Of a DNA stretch of 64,000 nucleotides, positions 56,348 through 64,000 are shown piece after piece. This stretch comes from Candidatus Caccenecus avistercoris (GTDB lineage Bacteria > Bacillota_I > Bacilli_A > RF39 > UBA660): the NCBI GenBank assembly GCA_018716965.1, contig DVJF01000020.1, forward strand, positions 5,051-69,050, read 5' to 3'. Positions within the stretch are counted from its first letter, which is position 1; each line of letters opens with the position of its first letter. A program made the translations under genes and the position numbers. Under the pieces are notes generated by a model. It had not been told where the DNA came from. It saw nothing but the letters and a program-made list of their open reading frames with translations, and searched no databases.

Positions 56348-57397
56348 ATGAACAAACACTATGAAGTAATAATTATTGGTGCCGGACCTTCTGGTTTAGG
56401 AGCAGCCTTAAATCTTTTAAAAAATGGAATAAAAGATATATTAGTAATAGAGCAAAAAAAGTTTCCAAGATACAAATGTTGTGCTGGATATATTACGAAT
56501 AAAACCAAAAAGGAATATGAATCTCTTGGTCTAAACATAAATAAATGTCATTACAGTTTAATTAAAGATTTTAGTATTTTTTATAAATACCAAGAAAGAC
56601 AAAAAATTGTGAATAAGTTTTTATTTACTAACAAAAATATTGATCGTGTAGAACTAGATAATGAATTTTTTAAATTAGCCAAGAAAAAAGGCTTGGAAAT
56701 CAAAGAAAATACCCATATTATTAATCACAATATGAGTAAAAATACGATTAAAACCAATAATAAAGAAATTTTTGCTTACGACTATCTCGTTTTTGCCGAT
56801 GGCACCTCAGGTTATGGTAGCAAATATCAAAAAATAAAAAGAAGAAATATGGCCATGCAATTAATCCAAAAAACTAATAGAAAAGATAGCATTGAAATCC
56901 ATTTTGGCATAACCCCTCATGGATACGGCTGGGTAAGTACTTATAAAGGCCTAACTAATATCGGTTTAACAGATGTTTATAATTCAAAACTAAATTATAA
57001 TAAAATATTTAAAGATTATTTAAAAAGTTTAAATATAGATGGAAATATTAAAGAATTAAGGGGAACATTCACTCCTATTGGTACTAGAAAGCCTATTATT
57101 AATAACAATATTTATTATGTAGGAGATGCTGTAGGAGCGTGTGATCCTCTAACATTATCTGGCCTTAAATATAGTTTAATGACTGCAAAAGCATGTGCCA
57201 AAGCTATTAGTAAAAGAAATAATAATATTTATAAGCAAAGTCTATTAAAGTTAAAAATAAAATTTCTATTTATGCAAATATTATTAAAAATATTTTATTG
57301 TAAGTTCATATTGTTTTTAATATTTAAAATTGGATGCAAGTTTTTTCACAGGTTAATCGCTTTTGCCTTCAATCATTTCTTTATAAACAAAAAATAA
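56348..57397 (+). CDS. FAD-dependent oxidoreductase (geranylgeranyl reductase-like family)
   Basis: N-terminal dinucleotide-binding motif VIIIGAGPSGLGAA. GDAVGACDPLTLSG near the C-terminus. Confidence 0.75.
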   Translation: MNKHYEVIIIGAGPSGLGAALNLLKNGIKDILVIEQKKFPRYKCCAGYITNKTKKEYESLGLNINKCHYSLIKDFSIFYKYQERQKIVNKFLFTNKNIDRVELDNEFFKLAKKKGLEIKENTHIINHNMSKNTIKTNNKEIFAYDYLVFADGTSGYGSKYQKIKRRNMAMQLIQKTNRKDSIEIHFGITPHGYGWVSTYKGLTNIGLTDVYNSKLNYNKIFKDYLKSLNIDGNIKELRGTFTPIGTRKPIINNNIYYVGDAVGACDPLTLSGLKYSLMTAKACAKAISKRNNNIYKQSLLKLKIKFLFMQILLKIFYCKFILFLIFKIGCKFFHRLIAFAFNHFFINKK

Positions 57398-57447
57398 TTG
57401 CTAATATTAAATATTTACTGATATAATAGTGATGAAGGAGGAGTATT

Positions 57448-57693
57448 ATGAAATGTCCAATATGTAAAGATGTAACCTTATTAATGTCAGAAAAGAAAGG
57501 AATAGAAATAGATTATTGTCCAGAATGTCGTGGTATCTGGCTTGACCGTGGCGAACTTGAAAAATTAATGGAAAAAGAAGAATCAAGAATCGAAGAAGTA
57601 GAAAAAACTGCCACAAAAAAGTCAAAAGAAGAAACTAAACCACATAAAAGGGAATCTTTCTTAAGTGAAATATTTGAGATGTTCGGTGAATAA
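57448..57693 (+). CDS. zinc-ribbon (zf-TFIIB-like) domain protein
   Basis: CPICK...CPECRGIWLDRGELEKL is a CxxC-N16-CxxC ribbon with the GIWLD signature. Confidence 0.65.
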   Translation: MKCPICKDVTLLMSEKKGIEIDYCPECRGIWLDRGELEKLMEKEESRIEEVEKTATKKSKEETKPHKRESFLSEIFEMFGE

Positions 57694-57740
57694 AAAAGAC
57701 TCATAAAGTATCCTAGTAGTACTTTAAAGAGTCTTTTTAA
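57692..57740. terminator. bidirectional terminator between the zinc-ribbon gene and uvrB
   Basis: Nested hairpin AAAGACTC...AAAGTA...TACTTT...GAGTCTTT, flanked by an A-run and a T-run. Confidence 0.5.
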
Positions 57741-59683
57741 TTGCTTTTCATTTCAAATAATATATCTCTAAGTTCCATAGCTCTCTCAAAATCCAAATTA
57801 CGAGCTGCTTCTTTCATTTCATCTTCTAAAGTAGCCAAAATATTTTCTTTTTCTTTCTTACTCATTTTTGGCTTTTTAGCTTTATTTTCAATTTCATTCG
57901 ATACAACTTCTTTAATATCTTTGGCAATAGTTTTAGGTATAATATGATGTTCTTCGTTATAAGCTTCTTGTATTTCTCTACGTCTAGCCGTCTCTTTAAT
58001 AGCTTCATTCATTGCTTCACTCATTGTATCAGCATACATGATAACATGCCCATTTTGATTTCTAGCCGCCCGTCCAATTGTTTGAATAAGACTTCGCTCA
58101 CTTCTTAAGAATCCTTGCTTATCAGCATCTAATATACAAATAAGACTAACCTCAGGAATATCCAAGCCTTCTCTTAAGAGGTTAATACCTACAATACAAT
58201 CATAAGTACCTAATCTAAGCTCTCTAATAATTTTAAGTCTTTCCAAAGATTTAATTTCACTATGAAGATAAGCAACTTTAATACCCATTTCTTTTAAATA
58301 GTTAGTTAATTCTTCACTCATACGGATAGTTAAAGTAGTGATTAATACTCTCTCATTATTAGCAATCCGCATCTTGATTTGATTAATTATATCATCAATT
58401 TGTCCCTCTGTAGGTTTAACTTCTATAGTTGGATCAAGTAAACCAGTCGGACGAATAATTTGTTCAACATATTCCCCATTCGTATGTTCAAGTTCATAAT
58501 CACCAGGCGTAGCAGAAACATAAATAGCTTGATTAATTTTACTTTCAAATTCTTGGAAATTTAGAGGCCTATTATCTAGAGCACTAGGAAGCCGAAACCC
58601 ATAATCTACCAAAGTTTGTTTCCGCATTCTATCTCCATTATACATTCCTCTAACTTGCGGTAATGTTACATGAGATTCATCTACTACAAGCAAGAAATCT
58701 TTTGGAAAGAAATCAATCAAACAGGTAGGGGTCTCCCCAGGACCACGTAGTGCAAGATGTCTAGAATAATTTTCCACTCCATTACAAAAGCCAGTTTCTT
58801 TAAGCATTTCAATATCATAATTAGTTCTTTCTCTAAGTCTTTGCTCTTCCAAAAGTTTTCCTTCGCTTTTAAGCTCTTTAAGACGATCATCTAATTCTTT
58901 CTGTATTCTTTTAATCGCTTCTTCTAACTTTTCTGGACTGGTAACGAAATGGCTAGCAGGGGAAATCGTAATAGTTTTTTTATCACTAACAATAACACCA
59001 GTTAGGGGATCAAAAGTAGAAATTCTATCAATTTCATTACCAAAGAGTTCTATTCGAATACCATGCTCATGTTCATTCGCTGGTATAACATCAATAATAT
59101 CTCCCCGACTTCTAAAAGTACCTCTATGAAAATCTAAATCATTTCGCTCATAAGTCATATCTATCAATCGATTTATAATATCATTTCTTTTTATATTTTG
59201 TCCAACACTTAAAACAAGCATCGATTTTTCATATTCTTCTTTTTCACCAATACCATAAATACAAGATACACTTGCTACTACAATAACATCTTTATAACTA
59301 ATTAAAGAACTAGTCGCATAATGTCTAAGCTCATCAATCTCATCATTAATAGATGCATCTTTTTCAATATATGTATCACTTGATGGGACATAAGCTTCCG
59401 GTTGATAATAATCATAATAACTAATAAAGAAACAAACGTGATTATTCGGAAATAACTCTTTTAATTCGGCATAAAGTTGTCCAGCAAGAGTTTTATTATG
59501 AGCTAGTACCAAAGTCGGTTTATTAACTTCCTTAATAACGTTAGCAACAGTGAATGTTTTACCAGTACCTGTTGCACCAAGTAGTACTTGTTCTTTTTTT
59601 CCTTCTTTAATTCCTGCTACTAATTTTTCTATAGCTTCCGGCTGATCACCGCTAGGTTTATAAGGTGAAACTAATTCAAACAT
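57737..59683 (-). CDS. uvrB: excinuclease ABC subunit B
   Basis: GATGTGKT Walker A, DESH box, beta-hairpin region, helicase motif VI (QTIGRAARN), C-terminal UvrB/UvrC-interaction helix ([22 protein letters not shown]). Confidence 0.95.
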   Translation of the reverse strand: MFELVSPYKPSGDQPEAIEKLVAGIKEGKKEQVLLGATGTGKTFTVANVIKEVNKPTLVLAHNKTLAGQLYAELKELFPNNHVCFFISYYDYYQPEAYVPSSDTYIEKDASINDEIDELRHYATSSLISYKDVIVVASVSCIYGIGEKEEYEKSMLVLSVGQNIKRNDIINRLIDMTYERNDLDFHRGTFRSRGDIIDVIPANEHEHGIRIELFGNEIDRISTFDPLTGVIVSDKKTITISPASHFVTSPEKLEEAIKRIQKELDDRLKELKSEGKLLEEQRLRERTNYDIEMLKETGFCNGVENYSRHLALRGPGETPTCLIDFFPKDFLLVVDESHVTLPQVRGMYNGDRMRKQTLVDYGFRLPSALDNRPLNFQEFESKINQAIYVSATPGDYELEHTNGEYVEQIIRPTGLLDPTIEVKPTEGQIDDIINQIKMRIANNERVLITTLTIRMSEELTNYLKEMGIKVAYLHSEIKSLERLKIIRELRLGTYDCIVGINLLREGLDIPEVSLICILDADKQGFLRSERSLIQTIGRAARNQNGHVIMYADTMSEAMNEAIKETARRREIQEAYNEEHHIIPKTIAKDIKEVVSNEIENKAKKPKMSKKEKENILATLEDEMKEAARNLDFERAMELRDILFEMKSN

Positions 59684-59850
59684 AGACCCATCTCCTTTAA
59701 AATATAAACTTAAATAACCATATAAAGTTCTTTATTCTTTATTATGATTATAGTAAGCCTAAAACATGTGTGTTAAATAAAACAAAATATTTGTTTGTAA
59801 AGCATCTCTATTCTATCATTTCTTATATATAAAAACAAGCGAACACTACA

Positions 59851-59876
59851 CAAAAAAACAAGAAATTAATCTTGTT
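59851..59876 (-). terminator. rho-independent terminator after the lipoprotein gene
   Basis: Minus strand reads AACAAGA-TTAATT-TCTTGTT followed by U7. Confidence 0.5.
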
Positions 59877-59887
59877 TATAATATTCA

Positions 59888-60574
59888 TTAATTTACTAAC
59901 TTAAAACTTTCAAAAATATAATCGTCGCCACTTTTTTTAAATACATATTGATAAGTACTAGCTTGCTCAATATAATCATCTATACTAATATTTAGTTTAT
60001 CATTAGAACTACTATTATAATTTAATATAACATCCTTATTTATTATATTATTATAAATTGTAACTTGAGGATCACTAGCCAAAAAGTCATTGTATACATA
60101 AATTGACTTTTCAAAAATTATAATTTCATCATTTTTCTGAATAGCATCAACTATTTTGCGATAAAACTTTTCTTCCATACTTCCACTACAGCCATGTAGC
60201 ATTTCATATTGTTCTAATTCTTGATTATAATCGAATCCACAGTAGCCATTATTAAATAGATAAGCTTTATCATGATAAAAAGAAATATTATTACCAAATA
60301 TTGTAAAAATACTTTTTTCCACATCATCTTTAGGAATATATAATACCGTTTCATTATAATTGTTAAGATAATTTTGTATAGCAACAGCCAAAATATATTG
60401 ATTATCAAATGACCCAGAATTTTTATAAAGCAAATTCAATACCATAGCATCATCAAAAGGATTAGCCATCTTATATAAATTTTGAACATCTTTAGAATTA
60501 ATATTTAAAGATGTACCAGAACCTTCGCATCCGCTAAGAAATAAAATAATAATTAACACTAATATTTTCTTCAT
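59888..60574 (-). CDS. lipoprotein (hypothetical)
   Basis: Signal peptide with lipobox (ILFLSGCEG). -10 TATAAT upstream. Confidence 0.7.
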   Translation of the reverse strand: MKKILVLIIILFLSGCEGSGTSLNINSKDVQNLYKMANPFDDAMVLNLLYKNSGSFDNQYILAVAIQNYLNNYNETVLYIPKDDVEKSIFTIFGNNISFYHDKAYLFNNGYCGFDYNQELEQYEMLHGCSGSMEEKFYRKIVDAIQKNDEIIIFEKSIYVYNDFLASDPQVTIYNNIINKDVILNYNSSSNDKLNISIDDYIEQASTYQYVFKKSGDDYIFESFKLVN

Positions 60575-60630
60575 TTAAACACACTTTATCTTTCTATAAT
60601 GATTATACTATATCTCTTTTATTAAATCTA

Positions 60631-60654
60631 CAAAAAAATAAGAAACTAATCTTG
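60631..60654 (-). terminator. weaker copy of the same terminator hairpin, after the 60655 gene
   Basis: AACAAGA-TTAGTT-TCTTATT followed by U7 on the minus strand. One mismatch in the stem. Confidence 0.35.
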
Positions 60655-61221
60655 TTAAATCCTTTGTACATAATCTTGAGAAACTAGATCTTCGCTAATA
60701 ACTGTTGTTAAAGCATGCTGAATAATATCTTCATCCAAAGTAACTCTTCCCATTTTAATTCTCCAAGCATTTAAAATATAGAAAAAATGCTGTAAGTAAG
60801 GAAAAGCATGTTCTAACATTTCCAAATCAATTACTCCTGGATATGCAGATAAAAAGATTGATGAAGAAAAAAGTAACTCTTCCATATCTTTAAAAGTCTC
60901 AAATGTAAGATTATCAAAATTATGAATATTGTCTTTTTCATAAACAACAACAAAAGCATAATTCTTTTTAGAATAGCGTTTAGAAACAGTATGATTTTCA
61001 CCTAAGAAGAATCTACTAACATATTCTTGATGTTCTGGAACTTCACAAATAATCTTTGTGCAAACACAATCTTTATTCTCAAACTTGTTTATTAAAAAAG
61101 ATATCGCCTTACCTAAATTTTCTGTAAAATTAAAATCATTATAATATTCATATTCTTCTTGTAATATTTGCCTTTTATTACGTAACAAAGCTTTCTTTTC
61201 TTTGATTTCCTCTAATGTCAA
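60655..61221 (-). CDS. hypothetical protein (about 188 aa from a probable TTG start; the ATG at 61254 lies inside the likely promoter)
   Basis: On the minus strand, an extended -10 TGTTATAAT is followed by GGGAGG and then a TTG 9 nt downstream. The ORF continues to 60655. No recognisable domain. Confidence 0.45.
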   Translation of the reverse strand: MTLEEIKEKKALLRNKRQILQEEYEYYNDFNFTENLGKAISFLINKFENKDCVCTKIICEVPEHQEYVSRFFLGENHTVSKRYSKKNYAFVVVYEKDNIHNFDNLTFETFKDMEELLFSSSIFLSAYPGVIDLEMLEHAFPYLQHFFYILNAWRIKMGRVTLDEDIIQHALTTVISEDLVSQDYVQRI

Positions 61222-61305
61222 CTTACCTAACCTCCCACTTCCATTATAACACATATCTTAGTCATGAAAACTATTTTTGCAAAATAAAATAAAAAAAGAA
61301 GCTAT

Positions 61306-61734
61306 TTACTTCTTAAAAACAAACAATTTACTAATAACATAATTACCAACAATAACTAATATTTGTGCTACTACCGTCCAAATAATAACCCATAAGTTGC
61401 TATCCAACTTAAGTAAAGTAACAAAGAACCACATAATAACCATTTCCATAATTAATGTTGCAATTCTTCCAGCCACAAAGCCACTAACTTCCTTTAAATA
61501 TTGTTTTGATTTAGAATGAAAAACAAAAATACGATTGGCAAAATAAGCAAAAGCTACCGCTACAATCCAAGATATTATAACCGCAATTTGTAATTCAAGT
61601 GCATTACTAGCATCCATCACGGTAAATAATAACCCGTATTTTACCGCTAAACTAATAACTGTTGTTAAACCACCTACAATAAGATAATTAATAATCTCTT
61701 CATATTTATGATAAAGATCCCAAATTTTTTTCAA
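61306..61734 (-). CDS. GtrA-family membrane protein (polyprenyl-phosphate-sugar flippase-like)
   Basis: 142 aa with 4 TM segments. N-terminal YLIVGGLTTVISLAV is typical of the GtrA family. Confidence 0.7.
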   Translation of the reverse strand: MKKIWDLYHKYEEIINYLIVGGLTTVISLAVKYGLLFTVMDASNALELQIAVIISWIVAVAFAYFANRIFVFHSKSKQYLKEVSGFVAGRIATLIMEMVIMWFFVTLLKLDSNLWVIIWTVVAQILVIVGNYVISKLFVFKK

Positions 61735-61836
61735 AATATATCACCTAAACACAATTATACATAAAAAGACATAAAAAGAAAAGTTTATTCTTTAAAAAAA
61801 GCAAAATTCTGCTATAATATTGAGGTAGGTGAGAAC

Positions 61837-63771
61837 ATGAAAAAAAAGTTAAACATCCTGTTTTATTTAAGTTTCTTAGTAATTTACTTAGAAGCATTAA
61901 CAAAAATATTTATAACCAAAAGTTCTAGTGGTATTTTTTTAACCATTCTTTTTAGTATACCTTTTATTTTAATTCTATTTTTATTAACAAATATCTTTAA
62001 AAACAAAGGAAACAAAATAACAACTTATATTTTAACTATAATTTTAATATTTTATTATTGTTTTGAGTTTTTCTTTCATCGCCTATTTAGTAATATCTTT
62101 TCCTTTAACACTCTAGGATTAGCAAGCAATGCCCTAGATTTTACTAACATTATTTTTGATGTTGTATTAAAAAATATTTGGGTTGTAATATTATATTTTA
62201 TACCTCTAATCCTTTTAATAATTCTAAATAAAAAGATAAACTTTGAGCGTTCTAGTTTAAAATGGCTTATTTTAAGCTTTATATTTGCTCTAATTATCTG
62301 GGTAACTTCTTTATTTTGTTTATTTATAAATAAAAATGCTACATACTCTCCATATAATTTATATTATAATATTAATAGTGAAATTAAAACAGTTGAAACC
62401 TTTGGTCTATATACCTATACAAGACTAGATATCAAAAGAGTATTATTTGGCTTTGATGAAAAATTAAATATCGAAGAAGAAGTTCCGAAAGAGGAAGAGG
62501 AAGAAACCCCACCAGTAGAAGAAGAAATTACTTATAATGAATTAGAAATAGATTTTGATACTTTATTAGCAGGTGAAACAAATGAAACGATTAAAGATAT
62601 GCTAGAATATTTTAAAAATAGTAATGCAACTAACAAAAATGAATATACTGGTATGTTTAAAGGGAAAAATTTAATCTTTTTACTAGCCGAAGGTTTCAAT
62701 ATGATTGCAGTAGATGAACAATTAACACCAACTTTATATAAACTAACTCATGAAGGTTTTGTCTTTAATAACTTTTACTCTCCTGTCTTCTTAAGTACAA
62801 CCGGAGGAGAATTCCAAGCAACAACCGGACTTATTCCTACCCAAGAAACTTTATCAAATTGGAAGAAATTAAAACCAACGATATCCTATGCTTTAGGAAA
62901 TGCCTTTACTTCCTTAGGATATACTGCGAACGGTTATCATAACTGGACCTATACCTATTATAGTAGACAAAAGACGATGGAAACATTAGGATTTACCTCT
63001 TATATGGGCTGTGGTAATGGTATGGAAGATTTAATCAGTTGTTCATGGCTTCCAAGTGATGTAGATATGATTAATGCTACGTTACCATTATATAAAAACA
63101 ATACTCCGTTTGTTACTTATTATGTAACCGTATCTGGTCATGCCCCATATGCCTATAATTCAACTGGAAATTCTATTGCTCTAAAAAACATAGATTATGT
63201 AAAAGACTTATCATATTCTAATAATGTGAAAGCTTATTTAGCAACTCAAATAGAACTAGATAGAGCATTAGAAGCTTTAATTGCTGGATTAGAAGAAGAA
63301 GGAATATTAGAAGATACGGTAATTGCTTTAGTAGGAGATCATTACCCATATACTTTAACTATCGATGAAATAAATGAATTAAGTGATTATGAGCGTGATG
63401 AAGTAGTAGAAGTAAACAGAAGTAATTTTATCCTTTGGAATAGCGAGATGGAAACAGTTGAAGTAGATAAAGTAGGAAGTGAAATTGATGTTTTACCAAC
63501 TCTCTTAAATTTATTTGGTATTGAATACGATTCAAGATTAATTGTTGGTAAAGATATTTTAAGTGATACTCCAGGTTTAGCAATATTTTCCAACCGTAGT
63601 TGGGTAAGCGACTATGGCACTTATAACAGTGGTAAGTTTACTTTAAAAGAGGGTGTAACATTAGAAGATGAAAAAGAGTATATAAGAGAAATGAACACTT
63701 TAGTTTCTAATTATTTCACTTTAAGTAGCAATATAATTAAATATGATATGTATAAATATTTATTAGGATAA
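61837..63771 (+). CDS. ltaS: LTA synthase family protein (LtaS-like sulfatase-domain phosphoglycerol transferase)
   Basis: 5 N-terminal TM segments plus an extracellular sulfatase-like domain (NLIFLLAEGFNM..., YSPVFLSTTGGEF, HAPY). Confidence 0.8.
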   Translation: MKKKLNILFYLSFLVIYLEALTKIFITKSSSGIFLTILFSIPFILILFLLTNIFKNKGNKITTYILTIILIFYYCFEFFFHRLFSNIFSFNTLGLASNALDFTNIIFDVVLKNIWVVILYFIPLILLIILNKKINFERSSLKWLILSFIFALIIWVTSLFCLFINKNATYSPYNLYYNINSEIKTVETFGLYTYTRLDIKRVLFGFDEKLNIEEEVPKEEEEETPPVEEEITYNELEIDFDTLLAGETNETIKDMLEYFKNSNATNKNEYTGMFKGKNLIFLLAEGFNMIAVDEQLTPTLYKLTHEGFVFNNFYSPVFLSTTGGEFQATTGLIPTQETLSNWKKLKPTISYALGNAFTSLGYTANGYHNWTYTYYSRQKTMETLGFTSYMGCGNGMEDLISCSWLPSDVDMINATLPLYKNNTPFVTYYVTVSGHAPYAYNSTGNSIALKNIDYVKDLSYSNNVKAYLATQIELDRALEALIAGLEEEGILEDTVIALVGDHYPYTLTIDEINELSDYERDEVVEVNRSNFILWNSEMETVEVDKVGSEIDVLPTLLNLFGIEYDSRLIVGKDILSDTPGLAIFSNRSWVSDYGTYNSGKFTLKEGVTLEDEKEYIREMNTLVSNYFTLSSNIIKYDMYKYLLG

Positions 63772-63915
63772 TTGGTAAAAAGAGGTTTTATAAAACTCAA
63801 GTAAGTGAATAAAATAAAAATATGTACTACAGGTATTACTTATGTACATATTTTTATCTTTGATCTCAATCTAATATTATAAGTATTAACGATTTCGAAG
63901 AGTAATATCTAAAAA

Positions 63916-63942
63916 GAGGCTTAAAGCTTCTTTTTGTTTTTT
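63916..63942. terminator. terminator-like hairpin GAGGC-TTAAA-GCTTC + T-run (G-U wobble in the stem)
   Basis: Flanked by A5 upstream and T5GT6 downstream. Lies just 3' of a minus-strand ORF that enters from the window edge. Confidence 0.35.
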
Positions 63943-64000
63943 AATTCGAAATCAAGTCTTTCATTTCTCGAGGCTTAAGTTTCTTAACCGGTTTATAACG
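63941..64000 (-). CDS. 3' end of an unidentified minus-strand ORF continuing beyond the window (...RYKPVKKLKPREMKDLISN*)
   Basis: Open frame from the window edge to a TAA at 63941-63943. Too short to identify. Confidence 0.25.
   Translation of the reverse strand, partial: RYKPVKKLKPREMKDLISN

Noticed and set aside
59851-60654. Near-identical AACAAGA…TCTTGTT hairpins after two consecutive minus-strand genes as a mobile repeat
   Set aside because: Each sits exactly at a gene 3' end with a U-run on the coding strand. They are simply similar intrinsic terminators, listed as features.
1-64000. CRISPR arrays, IS elements, prophage or integrase genes, tRNA/rRNA genes
   Set aside because: No regularly spaced direct repeats, no transposase or integrase-like ORFs, and no GC-rich tRNA-like or rRNA-like segments were seen in any intergenic region.

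Overview
The window is a 64 kb piece of chromosome from a low-GC (about 27-28% GC) Bacillota-type, peptidoglycan-containing bacterium. Standard genetic code; TGA is used as a stop codon. Genes are densely packed, mostly on the + strand, and the content is largely housekeeping. No rRNA, tRNA, CRISPR array, transposase or integrase was seen.

Gene content from left to right:
- A 5'-truncated single-chain Type ISP-like restriction-modification enzyme (SF2 helicase-like ATPase, gamma-class N6-adenine methyltransferase, C-terminal target-recognition region).
- A short remnant of a TcmP-like gene, then a 660-aa orphan protein with clustered CxxC motifs, then a LigD phosphoesterase+polymerase NHEJ module with no ligase domain and no Ku in the window.
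- secG, a SWIM/SNF2 helicase, a CDF transporter, and pflB-pflA.
- A radical-SAM / DUF4130-UDG-like pair (TIGR03916/TIGR03915-type DNA modification or repair). The partner gene looks frameshifted. A divergent GroEL-like paralog with no groES follows directly.
- cysS, translationally coupled to a YugP-like membrane protein that lacks HExxH.
- A roughly 26 kb cell-wall glycopolymer locus: tagO/wecA, a WaaL/Wzy-like membrane protein, an AAA ATPase, a TagG/TagH-type ABC exporter, many glycosyltransferases, rfbA-rfbB, two DegT-family aminotransferases (one strongly WecE-like), an ATP-grasp enzyme, an acetyltransferase, galE, wecB/mnaA and tagA. Embedded in it is an Arn-like module (ArnC-like GT2, ArnE/F-like small DMT pair, large GT-C-like membrane protein).
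- glmS on the minus strand with no room for a glmS ribozyme; murT-gatD, where GatD appears to lack its catalytic Cys and His.
- zupT-sufC-sufB, a Doc/Fic-like protein, an FAD oxidoreductase, a zinc-ribbon protein, uvrB alone without uvrA, a lipoprotein, and a divergent gtrA-like / ltaS-family pair.

The most interesting candidates are: (i) the orphan Cys-rich protein in the RM / TcmP-remnant / LigD neighbourhood; (ii) the radical-SAM DNA-repair pair plus GroEL paralog, with a 12-mer shared between its promoter and the uvrB promoter; (iii) the Arn-like 4-amino-6-deoxyhexose decoration module; (iv) the pseudo-glutaminase GatD. All functional assignments come from motif recognition by eye. No database search was run.
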